This document shows, in pieces, positions 1 to 13,654 of a DNA stretch of 63,974 nucleotides. The DNA lies in the NCBI RefSeq assembly GCF_001194135.2, contig NC_068988.1:77557868-77621841 (forward strand). The letters are read 5' to 3'. A program made the position numbers and the translations under genes. Position 1 is the stretch's first letter. Each line of letters begins with the position of its first letter. The notes beneath the pieces were generated by a model. It saw only the letters and a program-made list of their open reading frames with translations. It was not told the origin of the DNA and did no database searches. The DNA comes from Octopus bimaculoides. Its lineage: Eukaryota.

Positions 1-20
1 TATATATATATACATGTATA

Positions 21-83
<63 letters not shown>

Positions 84-160
84 ATGTATGTGTGTGTGTT
101 TATGCATATATGTGTGTGTGTTTATATATACATGTATGTATATACGTACACATGCCACTG
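1..160. repeat. compound (TA)n/(TG)n microsatellite
   Basis: Direct reading of dinucleotide runs; the ORF at 14..226 is an artefact of this repeat. Confidence 0.95.
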
Positions 161-320
161 ATATACGTTCTCAGGCTTATCATTAAAGGCACGAAACTGA
201 GTATTAGTATCTTGGTCGATAACTGATGAAGAATTAGAGTCCTTCTATGTCTGTCCTATGCATACGTTTTGTAGTATTTGATGCCGTTTTCATTTATATA
301 TATATATAAATATATATATG

Positions 321-657
321 AAAGGAGCAGTCTGTTGGTTACGATGATGAGGGTCCCAGCTGTTACGATCGACAGTATAGCTTACTCGTGAAATTCACAT
401 GCAAGTGGCTGAGAATTCGACTGATACATGTACTCTTAACATAGTTACATTAACGTAGGTCTCTGGGAGATTCAGTGTGACACAGAGTGTGACAAGGCTG
501 GCCCTTTGAAATACAGGTACTACTCATTTTTGCCAGCTGAGTGGACTGGAGCAATGTGAAACAAAGTGTCATGCTCAAGGACACAATGCATTGCCGAGAA
601 TTGAACTCATGACCTTACAATCTTGAGCCAAATGCCCTAACCACTAAGCCATGTACC

Positions 658-660
<3 letters not shown>
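321..660 (-). mobile_element. tRNA-derived SINE, family C (GCTCCAGTCCACTCAGCTGG core)
   Basis: Minus strand begins with an A-box (TGGCTTAGTGG) and B-box (GAGTTCAATTC) head; the body matches copies at 54370-54697 (+) and 59985-60150 (-). Confidence 0.8.
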
Positions 661-696
<36 letters not shown>

Positions 697-2250
697 CTAA
701 ATGGAGAGATAGATTAAATAGATATGCAAATATATATATATATAAAAATTAAGGTACTCAGAAACCTGGATGTTTGTACATTTACAGATTTTTATTAATG
801 TCACATATTAAATGAAGCGCTTTTCACCTAGTCGTGTAGGTTTTTCAAATTGTTTATATATAAATGGTATATTTATACTCATTATTACTATCAACATTTT
901 ACATTAAGTGACATGTGATAATAATATGTATAAAGTGAACTGTTGCACAGAGTCTCAAAGCGATTTGTTTACACTACTGAAAGCTTGCACAGCCTCATCC
1001 ACAGATTGCATTGTCAAACCAGTATCAGTACCATGTTTATCTGGCTGTCCTCTATATTTGTTGCTATAGTTAGATATAATCACATTGTTTGACAAGTAAG
1101 TGTGCCGCACACACACTAGAAAAAAGGCTAGCTAGGTGGCCAGTTGTTGTGAATTTTAGGAGGCCTTGCTCCCTCTCTTACCAGGAAGGGATTGATGCTT
1201 AATAATATACAGATGTATAAAGTATAATTGCAAGAGAGAAATTATAAAGAAGAAAATGGTAGAAGAAGGATTATGTTTTATCTAGAACATTCTGAACAAA
1301 ATACTAACTCCCATACACACAGAGACAGACAGACAGATAAACAGACAGACAGACACACACACACACACACACGTATTAGCATACATATATAGACACACAT
1401 ATCCATTTACAAACACGTATGTATGCATACATTGCATACATACATATACATACATATATACATGTGTATGTATGTATGTGTGTGTATATATACACACACA
1501 CAAATACATACACAAACATACTCACATACACACAAGCACACCTAGCATACACATAGACACATATCACAAATTCAGTCTTTATGCAAAAAAATACAATTTC
1601 TCCGATTGATAAAGATGAATAGAAATTTTTTTTGAAATGTTAAAAGAAAAATATAAAGACAAATTCTTAAAAAATATAACTTGAAAGTAAAATAGAAAGA
1701 AATCGAAATAAAACTTTCCTAGAACAAAAATGAATTGTTTGTTTTTTGTCCCATTTATTATTATATTGTAGAATATAATTTCAAATGATTTTAATGTTTT
1801 TCTTTTATTTTTCTGACCATGAAACTGATAAAGAAGAAATGGAAGAATTCACTACTTTGAAATTATTATTGATTTCTTGTGATTGAGAAGATGAGAAATT
1901 TTTTCAGACAGTGATGTCTATACGAAGCTGTGCTATTGAATTGGCTGATCACCATATATTACTGATATTCAGAGGAATCAATGAGGGAGCACCTATGTAG
2001 TTAGTTAACCAGTTAGATAATAACAGCTAAAGTTCTTCCTTATACCAAATTTTATTGTCTTTTAAAAAAGGACATCTTGAATAATATCATTCAAGATGCA
2101 TTGTCAAAGTAAAAGATGGCATGGTCAAAGCTGTTCTGAGTTTCATTATTGGCTTTTGTCTTTGAGGTCTGATGTGGTTCTAAAAATCAACAACTATAAC
2201 AACTGCTATTTTATCAACCTTGGGGAAATTATAAATATCAACACAGTTGT

Positions 2251-3240
2251 GTGATGAAGAAGGTTGTTTCACTTGTGTGTGGGGCTCAGTTTAAGCCACA
2301 GCAGGGAACCTTGTGGAAAAAAAATTTGATACAGTCTTTGGTTGACCCAAATGTAACTGGATTGATGGAGGTTATGGAAGTCTATCAGAATGACAGTACC
2401 TGTCTTTCATCTTCAGCTGCACACTCATTGGTGAGGTACTCAGCAGGATGGCTGAGCCTGATGTGACCAGGGAACTGGAGTCAGCTCTGACTGATTGGAC
2501 TGTTGAATGTCTCACCATCCCTCAGAATACAGATGTCCTATGTAACTGGGACAACATTAAGTGAAAAATCTACCTTCAGGCAGACTGAGACATTTTTGGA
2601 CCAGTATCATCTCGCCTTCCTCCATTTTACTTTGCAGCTAAACAGTAGTGCTTGACATAATTCGGTCCCTTCCTCACCAACTGGTACCCTTCTTGATGAT
2701 GAGTGCACTTGTAAGTCACACAAATGGAATTTGTGGAGCTGTAGTTGACAAATTCGGTTTGCATCTGATATCCTGCACCAATAGCAAGAGCTGGTTACTC
2801 CAACATTCTACTCTGGATAACATAATGAGAAGAGGCTTTGATGTGGATAACTTCCTGTCACAACTGGTCAGCAGGTCATGACTGCAGGGATGGTAAGCAC
2901 CCTGATGGAATAATCTTCCCATACAAGGGAGGTAAATCTTCTGCAACATGTTTTGCATCTCCAGCCTTGCCACATCGGCTGCAAACCTGGGTATCACCAC
3001 CCATAATGCAGAGGAGAAGAAGATAACCAATTACAAGAGTTTGATCAGCTGCTATCTGTTCATACTAATTGCCATCAAAACCTCAGGTGTTCTCAGGCTC
3101 CATATTGCTGATTTCCTCCATAAAATCAGGATGACAGCCATCCATCTCAGACATGAGCCTCACAAGCCTGTTGCAGTAAGTTTCACAGGCCATTCTTCAT
3201 GGCAATGCATTTACAATTATGTTTGCAAGGCACAGCTGAA
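2251..3240 (+). mobile_element. degenerate CRE-like non-LTR retrotransposon, C-terminal zinc knuckle plus restriction-like endonuclease (RLE)
   Basis: Frameshifted pieces: SAGWL; CGAVVDKFGLHLISC (CCHC knuckle); DGKHPDG (PD..D nuclease motif); AEEKKITNYKSL..YLFILIAIKTSG. The motif order is typical of CRE-type RLE elements. Confidence 0.75.
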
Positions 3241-4140
3241 CATACCATTCAGATTATGGTATACAACCTGTTACTCCCTCACTGCCCTATCTTTCATTAA
3301 CTACTCTTTTCCCAGGCTTCTCTTTTGCTTTGTTTCCTTGTTGAAGTAATTCTGGAATATTTTCAATAATTTAATCGTTTATACTTTTAATTCTTTTCTA
3401 TCTTTTTTTCCTGTTTTTTTTTCTTATGATTGCTTTATATTTTTATATATTTGTTGTTTACAGTTATTTTATAAGTTGAAAGATGAAGTCTCTCCCATAG
3501 CTATTTTTTAGTATTGAGCCAGAGATTGGTAGCTTTTTATAGTGTAACACTACCTGCAAATATGTTTTTGTTCAAAATATAATCAGGCTGTTGCTATACT
3601 AGAAAGACCTCCACATTTCAAAGTAGAGTTGGTTATATGGACTCCAGTACATAGTTTAATAATCTGGGAAGTATGTAAGTCTTGGAGGACTTAGGGAAAA
3701 TTCAGACTCAGCAAGGAACCTAAATAAATACTATAAGGTATTTCTCTGATGTTCTACCAATTCTATAGCCAACCTTGACACCTAACTGATTTTATCATCC
3801 ATTCACCTACCCACTCATTACACTCTTACCAACTGTACTGCTCATCAACCACTCCATACTCTAAGTTCTACCATCCACCATAACATACTATCAATTCTGT
3901 CATCCACCACCATAATGCTCTCCTGCTTTTACCTTCTACCAACATATTTAGATTCATAAGTGAATTTATATGAGGCCATTATGCTAGTGCATACTAATTT
4001 AGTTAGTCTTGAGGTTTGGTGGCAACAACTCTCCTCAAATCTCAAGAATCTTCATTAAGATTCTGGCAGAATATCGTTAGGTTCTTTTCTGAAGGTTGAC
4101 AATGTGTATCATCATGGTCATCATGGTCATCATTGTTATT

Positions 4141-4355
4141 AAGGTGGCGAGCTGGCAGAATTGTTAGCATGCCAAGTGAAATGCTGCTAAGCATTTCATC
4201 TATCTTCATGTTCTGAGTTCAAATTCCACTAAAGTCGATTTTGCCTTTCACCCTTTAGGGATCAATAAAATAAGTACCAGTTGAGCACTGAGGGTCGATG
4301 TAATCAGCTTACCCCCTCCCCTAAACTTGCTGGTCTTGTGCCAAAATTTGAAGTC
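4141..4355 (+). mobile_element. tRNA-derived SINE, family B (GTCGACTTTGCCTTTCATCCTTT core)
   Basis: AAGGTGGCGAGCTGGCAGAA head, GAGTTCAAATTC B-box, conserved central core; more than 10 copies in the window. Confidence 0.85.
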
Positions 4356-5519
4356 ATAGTTATCATTATTGTTGTTGTCACATTGCCAAAGATTAACTTT
4401 TGAGATTTACTTCTATCAAAAACTCCTCAAAAATCAATACCCATGATTTAGGTTTGTATCTGTACATTCTTTAAATGCAGCTATGGATTGTGGCTATCAA
4501 CAACATATGTTGTCTGGGAGAAAAAGCATTTCTAGGTAAGTACATGCCCATGGAAACCTGGCAACAGTTGTAAGCCAGATCAGAAATGCAGGCTCTGTAA
4601 TAGACTGTTGTACTTTTGTGTTTCTTTTCATATGTTGTATTTTATCTCTACGTGAGGCTGATTTTTACCCAGCACCCTTTGTTTAGAAAGTCTTTTATGT
4701 TAACTAAAACAAAGAAAGGCCAAATGTCTTGAGGCAGCAAAGAAACTTCTGTAAATTTGCTTGATTACTTACATATAACAGTCATGTCTTCTTCAAATTA
4801 TGCCACGCCATTTGAAAAGCATGAAAGTAACATAAGATATTGTATTCCTATAAGTTGCAAGTTTGTATAAAACACTGGCTTGTTTACAACCTTTCCATCT
4901 TTGACTGCTTCTATCACTGTTAATTTCTGGCTAACATAGAACAACACAAACAACGTCAGCCAATATAGTGTGCAGATTAATTTTTTCCCACCATGAATAA
5001 TTACCTCTGGGAATGCCACTGCTTGGGCTTAGAGTGCCTTTGAAATGTTAAAGTGTGTTTCAGATCCTAACATCAAATCTCACTTGAAACGTAGTTAAAA
5101 GCACCAAATTCTCTGTGGTCCCATCTGCTAAATGGTATATAGATATCATGACATTCTACTGAGTAATTAATGACTTCTTTCAAATTCTATCACAACTGAA
5201 TTCAACCTGTGGCTCTTAAGAAAGCAACTGCAGGAAAATAGAAAAATCATGCCAGTGCATTCTTCTTTGATTCCTTATGACCTGCTAGGTTACAGAAAAT
5301 AACTGCATACAATACATTGCTGCCAATGTAATTATTTAACAATCCTATTCTTAGAAGCAAATTTTAAAATATGGTGTCTCCAGTGAATTTAACTCAACAT
5401 CAAAAGTATTTGATATTTCCTTGTTTTCCTGTCAGGTTTCATTGGTCGAACAACTCTTCACCCACAACTACATAAAGTTCAGCTTTTGATTTGCTATTAA
5501 TTTCATTACCATATACATA

Positions 5520-5624
5520 CAATTTTTACATGTGTATGTATGTATGCGTATNNNNNNNNNNACACATACACACATACACACTCACACATGTGTATGTGTG
5601 TGTATGTATACATTTATAAATAGA

Positions 5625-5672
<48 letters not shown>

Positions 5673-5894
5673 TATACACATATATATACTTGTATGCTTA
5701 AATTTATAATATATCTTGTTATATATGTGTGTGCACATGCCTGTTTACATAAATATTTAAACATACCCACGAATACTTGCATATGTATGTATGTTTTGAT
5801 GTGTATGTATGTCTGTCTAACTCTTCGTTCATACATATGTATATACATACATGTCTATGTACTTTTATACAAACATACATATCTACATACGTAT

Positions 5895-5932
<38 letters not shown>

Positions 5933-6220
5933 TTATGTGTATATGTACATATATGGAGACACATGTGTCTATGTATTTAAAGAAAATTTATTTACATTTC
6001 AGTCTATTGATGTTTTACTCTCCAAAAAGTTTTCACTTCTAAATATTAATCTATTTAGGACTAAAATTAGCCATCAGACATAAACATAAATTAGACACAC
6101 ACTTGTGTGTGTGTGTGTGTGTGTGCTCGTACATGCATATGCATATATATAATATATATATGCATGCACACATGTGTATATATGTGTACATATGAGTGTA
6201 TATAATATACAGAGATATAC

Positions 6221-6263
<43 letters not shown>

Positions 6264-6300
6264 GCATATATGTTTACACATGCATACATATATATGAAAT
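5520..6300. repeat. compound (TA)/(CA)/(TG) microsatellite field
   Basis: Direct reading; includes a 10-N gap at 5552-5561. Confidence 0.9.
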
Positions 6301-6699
6301 AACTTTGTATATTATAAAACTTCTGTAAGTTAAACAAGAATGTAAACACATTCTTTCTATCTCATTGATGTGCAAGGAAATAGGGAGTCTCTTGGCAGAC
6401 TGTTACATGGTTGTTGATCACTCCACAGTTAATATATATCTAGCTTATTTCCTTAATCAGTAGCATTGATTATCTTTCATAATGTAATCATGAATTAGCT
6501 AGTATGATGGGGTACACCATAATTTGTACATTTGTGGCTTTGACAGTTTTTCATTAATCAGCCAATATATTTTTACACACCTATTGTTTATATAATGATG
6601 AGGTATCGAAGGTGCAAAAATGTAAATTAAGTTTTCCACTATGGTGTGCAACCTAATTCATGACTTCTTGATAAGCAGCTGGTATATGGTATTGATTGG

Positions 6700-7300
6700 G
6701 AAATGAACTGAGTACAAATGATGAGCAAGCCTATTAGAAAGCAACAGGATTGTTGGAAAATTCCTTACAAATATCTCCAACTTCCTTAGACAAGCCTGTT
6801 TGATACATGAGGTGTGCCAAAGAATAAGACTTACATATTATTTGTAGGTCTCATTTGATGTTCTTGTTTCTAGGCAAACAACAAAAGCAAGGATAAATTC
6901 TTTAAGGATTTATATAAAGTAGTAGACTACATGTGGAATAGAAAACAGATCTACAGACCTATATTTTGGCTGACTTCAATGTTTGAGTAGGATTTAATTG
7001 GGTGCAAGAATTTGCCTCTTTGTGTCAGACAGTTTGGTGTTGGCAAGATTTAAAAACATAGAGAGTAATTACTAGTTTTCTGTCCTTGCATTTCCCTCAG
7101 TTGAACAAACATGTTCTACAACAGAAAAGCTGTTGAAATATATCTTGGTACCAATCTAAGTTTGAATATTGGCATCAATATGATTTTCATGTTGATTCTC
7201 CTAGTGTTTTCTCAATGCTGTCAAATTCACAAGATCACAGACCACAGTTTTACTATTGCTAGGACAAAGAAACTTCAAAGGCAAGCATCCTCAGAAACCA
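6700..7300 (+). mobile_element. degenerate RTE-type LINE apurinic endonuclease fragment
   Basis: Broken frames give KDKFFKDLYKVV...LADFNV*VG, resembling the APE motif KD.FY..L...LGDFNARVG. Confidence 0.55.
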
Positions 7301-8329
7301 AGATATTGTTAGTATTGTGGGTTTATTGGGCATGGTACAGTTAGTGCAGTTATATACTGAGGTCAGTTCCATTACCTACCCTCTGATTTTCAGCCTTGTG
7401 AATCTAATATCCTGGGTACATTAAATTCACAACACCCCTCTGTTAAAATACAAGGTCTTCTGTATCTATCTCAGAAAGCAAGGTGGTAGATTGAAAGAAT
7501 CATTAGAATGTTGGGCCAAATACCTTGTAGTAGTTATTCTGGCTCTATGCATTCTGGGTTAAAATCTCACAGAGATATTTACTTTGACTTTCAGCCATCC
7601 AATATTGATAAAATAAAGTACCAGACATATGCAAGCTTTCTTAAGGTTGACTGTTCTCTCCTACCAATTTGTGATCTTGTGCCTATACTATAAATTATTA
7701 TTTTGAGGTCCTCAGTTATGTTCAAACATAATTTTAAGGAAGAGTTGGGTTACTGTGTTTGAACTTAATAGAAAAGAATCCGTTTTTGGATCATTACATT
7801 TCAGAGCATTTGCATTTCCTTCCTTTTTTGGTTGTCATGGTAAAACTAAGGCTTATCATTGATATTCTTCTGGGGAACACAGACCCAAGAAATTTGAACT
7901 GATCTTCAGATGTTTTGTAAGCACAATCATAAATAAATAAAAAGCAATATTGACAAACAGAAAGAAAAATGACTACATTAAACAAGCAAGCATAAACATT
8001 CACACTACACACTTGTAAAAGGAAATGCTATGGCAACAGTAACTCTGTCTAGTTTTTCTGCTAAAAAATAATTCCGAGTCCACACTCAGAAAAAAGTAAT
8101 ATCGAACTGGTGTGTCATAAAATTCTCTGTCTCCTTTTCTGATACTCTTATTAAAGATGAGGAGCGAAGGACAGTGACACTCCTCTGCCTATCAGAAAGT
8201 GATGGGTTTTCTATATGCCTCAAAATGGAAAAATTAAAAGACATCCCAGCTGATATGCAGAATACTGTAGTTCTTAACAACAGAGGAAGGATATCTGAAA
8301 TTATACATTAAATCTTAAGATCAAGGATG

Positions 8330-9750
<1,421 letters not shown>

Positions 9751-9757
9751 AATAATG

Positions 9758-9808
<51 letters not shown>

Positions 9809-10161
9809 GTTACTATTATTATTATTATTATTATTATTATCATTGAAGAGTACATCATTATTGATTATTAATTATTATTATTCATTACTTTAAGTACTTT
9901 TTCACTGGAAGATGCCCTGACAGTTTAAGTTGTTATTGTTCTTTCTTAAAACGTGTCTAGACGTGTCTAACAACAACACAAACAAATCTATAGCAACAAT
10001 TGCATCAACAACATAAAGTATATCAACTCTAGCTCTCTGTGTGTGGTTAGAATGAAGCAAGATTTTATTGTTCTCCTTTGTCATTTTCACCTTGTTTTAT
10101 GTCATCAGGTGAGCACACATACAACACACAGGTACACACACACAGGTACACACACACAGGT

Positions 10162-10192
<31 letters not shown>

Positions 10193-10304
10193 CACACACA
10201 CACATTCATTCATTGCTAATACTTGTTGTCTCATCACTAATAGCAAATTTTTACCCAGCCCTCCAGCCATATGTCTGTATTTTTTTATTCTTTACTTGTA
10301 TTCT

Positions 10305-10620
10305 AACGAACACGTATTAACAGAGTATATAGGTGATACAGACACTCCCCATACACACATGCACTTACAAAAGACACAGACACATTGAAAGACATGCATG
10401 TGTAGACACATACAATAGGAATACAAAATACAAAATGGCTGATATTTAGCAAGGTGAGACACACATAAGAAGGAAGGAAACAAAGGACCACTGATGAGGT
10501 CACAGAAGTGTGACGAAAGAACTCTGGCCGAAATAAGATTAAGATTAATGTAATATACAGCTGAAGCAAATTAACACCAAATATACAGTGCGTGTGTTTT
10601 TATTGGCTACACTGGCAATA
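10305..10620 (+). mobile_element. solo 3' UTR/pLTR of a Penelope-like element
   Basis: Near-identical inverted copy at 45575-45890, where it lies directly downstream of a GIY-YIG C-terminus. Confidence 0.75.
10485..10529 (+). ncRNA. candidate minimal type I hammerhead ribozyme
   Basis: GGACCA-CTGATGA-G-GTCACA(GAAG)TGTGAC-GAAA-GAAC-TC^TGGCC: both core boxes present, perfect 6-bp stem II, 2-bp stem III, imperfect stem I. Confidence 0.6.
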
Positions 10621-10684
10621 TGAGGGTGCAGAGTGTAAGAAGCTGATAATAGGTTTTTGTTAAATAGTATAAATTACAGCATCA

Positions 10685-11029
10685 AAGTATCTTCGAGCAT
10701 GGCCGATACTAGTGCCATCTGACTGGCACCCAAGCCAGTGGCATGTAAAAAGCACTGTTCAAGCATGGCCAGTGCCAGTGCCACCTGACTGGCACCTATG
10801 CCAGTGACATGTAAAATGCACTATTTGAGTGTGGCCGATGCCAGTGCTGGCTCCCATGCTGGTGGCATGGAAAAAGCACCTACTACAGTCTTGGAGTGGT
10901 TGGTGTTAGGAAGGGCATCCATCTGTAGAAACCTTGCCAAATCTGATTGGAGCCTGGTGCAGCCTCCTGGCTTGCCAGTTCTCAGTCAAACCGTCCAGCC
11001 CATGCCAGCATGGAAAGTAGACATTAAAC

Positions 11030-11061
<32 letters not shown>
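10685..11061 (+). mobile_element. RTE 3'-tail repeat with ~60-bp tandem units and (GAT)n tail
   Basis: Same sequence as the 3' UTR of the RTE at 24040-24244; ends AAACGATGATGAT. Confidence 0.75.
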
Positions 11062-11064
11062 CCT

Positions 11065-13190
11065 ACAACTCACTCACAGTTACCTGTAGGGTAGTACACT
11101 CCTTGGAAAGCAAAGGAACCAATACAGGAACTCTTAGACCCATAAGGTTGCTTCGTAAATGGTAGAGCGTCTTGCTGCCATTTGCACCAGTGGAAGCTTG
11201 AATATCATGAGCAAGGCCTTCTCACCAGATATTCTGCATCATCCTGAGTGATTGCTGAAATAGAAATTTTGTATTCATATAAAGGTTAAGTGCTTGGTTC
11301 TGCTGTGCAACTGATAGACCTCTGTACAGTAATAAATTGCAGGCATTGTGCTTTGCAGACTAAAGTCTCTGAACCTCTACATCATTTTCATCAAACCAGT
11401 GTAGTGTTTCAGCAGTGCATTGAAAGATTTGGTCTTCAGACACTTCCCATTTTGTAATATTTCAATGCTGGATGAATGATTCTGAAGTTCCTTCCTCACA
11501 GTAAGATTATATATCTTATGAACATTCAAGTTCCAAGGAATATCAGGTGCCTCTTCTCTCCTTCACACTGATTATCATTTGGAACTTAGCTTGCACTAAG
11601 CAGTGGTCTGTCCAATACTTTGATCCATGAAAGGACTTGACATTACAAATGATACCTGTATCATGCTTGTGGATAACATAACCAGCAAGTGCCAAACTTT
11701 CAACTTTGGGTGCAACCATGTTGTTGTGTAATCACATCTGTGCATAAAGCGAATGCTTGCAATGTGAAAACCATATTCATTGCAAAGTAAGTGGAGCATT
11801 AGACCATTGCTATTCCTTTTCCCTACACCAAAATTCCCAAGAAAGTTTCACATTTGCAAATCTGTTCCAATCCTGGCATTGAAATCCCCATAGAATGATT
11901 CTGTCTGACTTGGGAACTTTCCTGAATGAAGTTTTCAGCTGGGAATAGAAAGTTGTTTTATCTTCACCAGAATTCATGTGAGTAGCTCCTACTCTCATGA
12001 GGCACTTGTCAGAGTAGCAAATCACCCATCTCTCAAGTGCAGATGCAGTGATTAAATGGTTATTTATAGGGATAGGAAGCTCCTCCAACTTCTTGAAGAT
12101 TTCAGATAAAACAACAAAACCTTGCACTTCTCCTTTGGTTTTCTTTTCCCTATAAAAGTATAGGTACCTCCAGCTTCTTCAATTTGACCATCACCTTCCA
12201 AATGAGTTGCTGAAATGGCTTCTAAATCTATGTTATAACTGTTTAGTTTGCAAGCAACAAGTGCAGTATATCATTCACTCATTCTATCTCACAGTGTATG
12301 CATATACCAACATGAAATATTCATCTTCCATGCAGATTTTATAAATATTTGCTTTATTTTCTGAACGCAAGGTGGACATCTGACAATCACACTAAACTGA
12401 CCACATAGTAAAAGGGAGGCAATTTTTAGTTCACCTTTTCTTGAACTTCTTCAGTTTCTAAGTGAGCATTGTTATCTTGGATAATAATGAGATAACTAAT
12501 ATGGGTTGCCTATGAGTGGATCACTGACTATATACTTCCAACCCATCAGGTCTGCATACTCTGCCACTTTGCTGCAGGACTTTTGAATAAATTAGAGAAA
12601 TAAAAAGAGGTGTAAAATTAAAAGTTTAAAATTGAAAAGTGTAAATTTTAAAGTGTAAAGATAAAGTTAAGCAGCAATGCCCATGAAAAATAATCAGCAA
12701 TGCCTGCGCAAAATTCTAGGTTCAATAAGGCTTGCAAGACACCTCATAAACACTCTCCACCCTACTGACAGGATCCAGAGATAAGCCAAAGCAAGATGTC
12801 TAGCACCAATATGGGTCACAGGCTCATGAATGTAGGTGTACCATGATCTCAAGCACAAGCAAAAAGATCCTCAAAATGTCCAATGCCATTCTCCCCGTAT
12901 CTGCTTTTATATCAGTATGACCTTCTCTGAGAGACATGCTTTAACAAAAGCTGAGAAGTGCCTAACTCCTATTGGTTTTTCAGCAAACCAAACACCAACA
13001 TAGAATTTCTGAGTGCCCACGGTAGACAGTCATTGAACTAGCAATGGGTTCACCCATTATTTTTAACAGGTCTTGTTTTTAGTCCTGGTGGGTTTCTAGC
13101 AACCCTCCTCATCAGGCTAGCCTGGTTGGGGTGCCAGTTTAGTAATCAACAACCTGGCCATGCAACAGGTTGTACATGATTCTATGTTAC
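11065..13190 (-). mobile_element. RTE (BovB-like) LINE 5' part: putative 5' UTR plus degenerate AP endonuclease
   Basis: Minus frames: GFVVLSEIFKKLEELP, EDKTTFYSQL..VPKSDRIILWGF, GKGNSNG..LL, TTWLHPKLKVWHL. The assignment of 12480-13190 as 5' UTR is inferred; part of it recurs at 50430-50550. Confidence 0.7.
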
Positions 13191-13654
13191 CAATAGCACT
13201 CCTGAGAGACCTCAAAGGGATCTGACATGTGTGTGTGTGAGTGTGTGATGTCTGTCAGTTATCCATACATCAAATAAAAAGCATAGTCTTAAAGAAATTG
13301 TGAGCAGTTATACTTTTCTTGTAGTCAGATTATAGCATATAACCATTCAGGAAGTTACCATTGGTTTCATGCAAGATATTGCACTGAGTAATATAGAAGA
13401 CTTATCAGAGGACAATGATCCCAAAATATTCATATGATCCAGGTACCTCCTCAAAAAGGGATTTTCCCATTTTAGTTTTCTTACTTCCAAACTGACCAAA
13501 AGTGTATATTTATCTCCGTCATAAAAGAGGCTATGTGCTTCCAGCTTGCATGTCTGATGAGTTGTTTCTATTGCTAAGTCCAGTAGTAGATGCAAAACCA
13601 ATGGTGACTTTCCAACCAGTTATATGCTATAGGCAGGAATATACCACTCAGCTA

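Noticed and set aside
4765-4940. Candidate minus-strand exon ending at a GTAAGT donor
   Set aside because: All three frames contain stops and no recognisable protein.
5436-5500. Good polypyrimidine/AG acceptor followed by FIGRTTLHPQLHK
   Set aside because: Weak donor, too short to identify, and no partner exons.
8072-8311. Stop-free plus frame of about 79 codons
   Set aside because: No recognisable motif or convincing splice sites; expected by chance in 64 kb.
13085-13155. CTGATGA...GAAAC on minus in the RTE 5' region; possible HHR or HDV-like ribozyme
   Set aside because: Stem II does not close and I could not build a P1/P2/P3/P1.1 HDV fold. RTE 5' UTRs can hold HDV-like ribozymes, so a covariance search on a consensus would still be reasonable.
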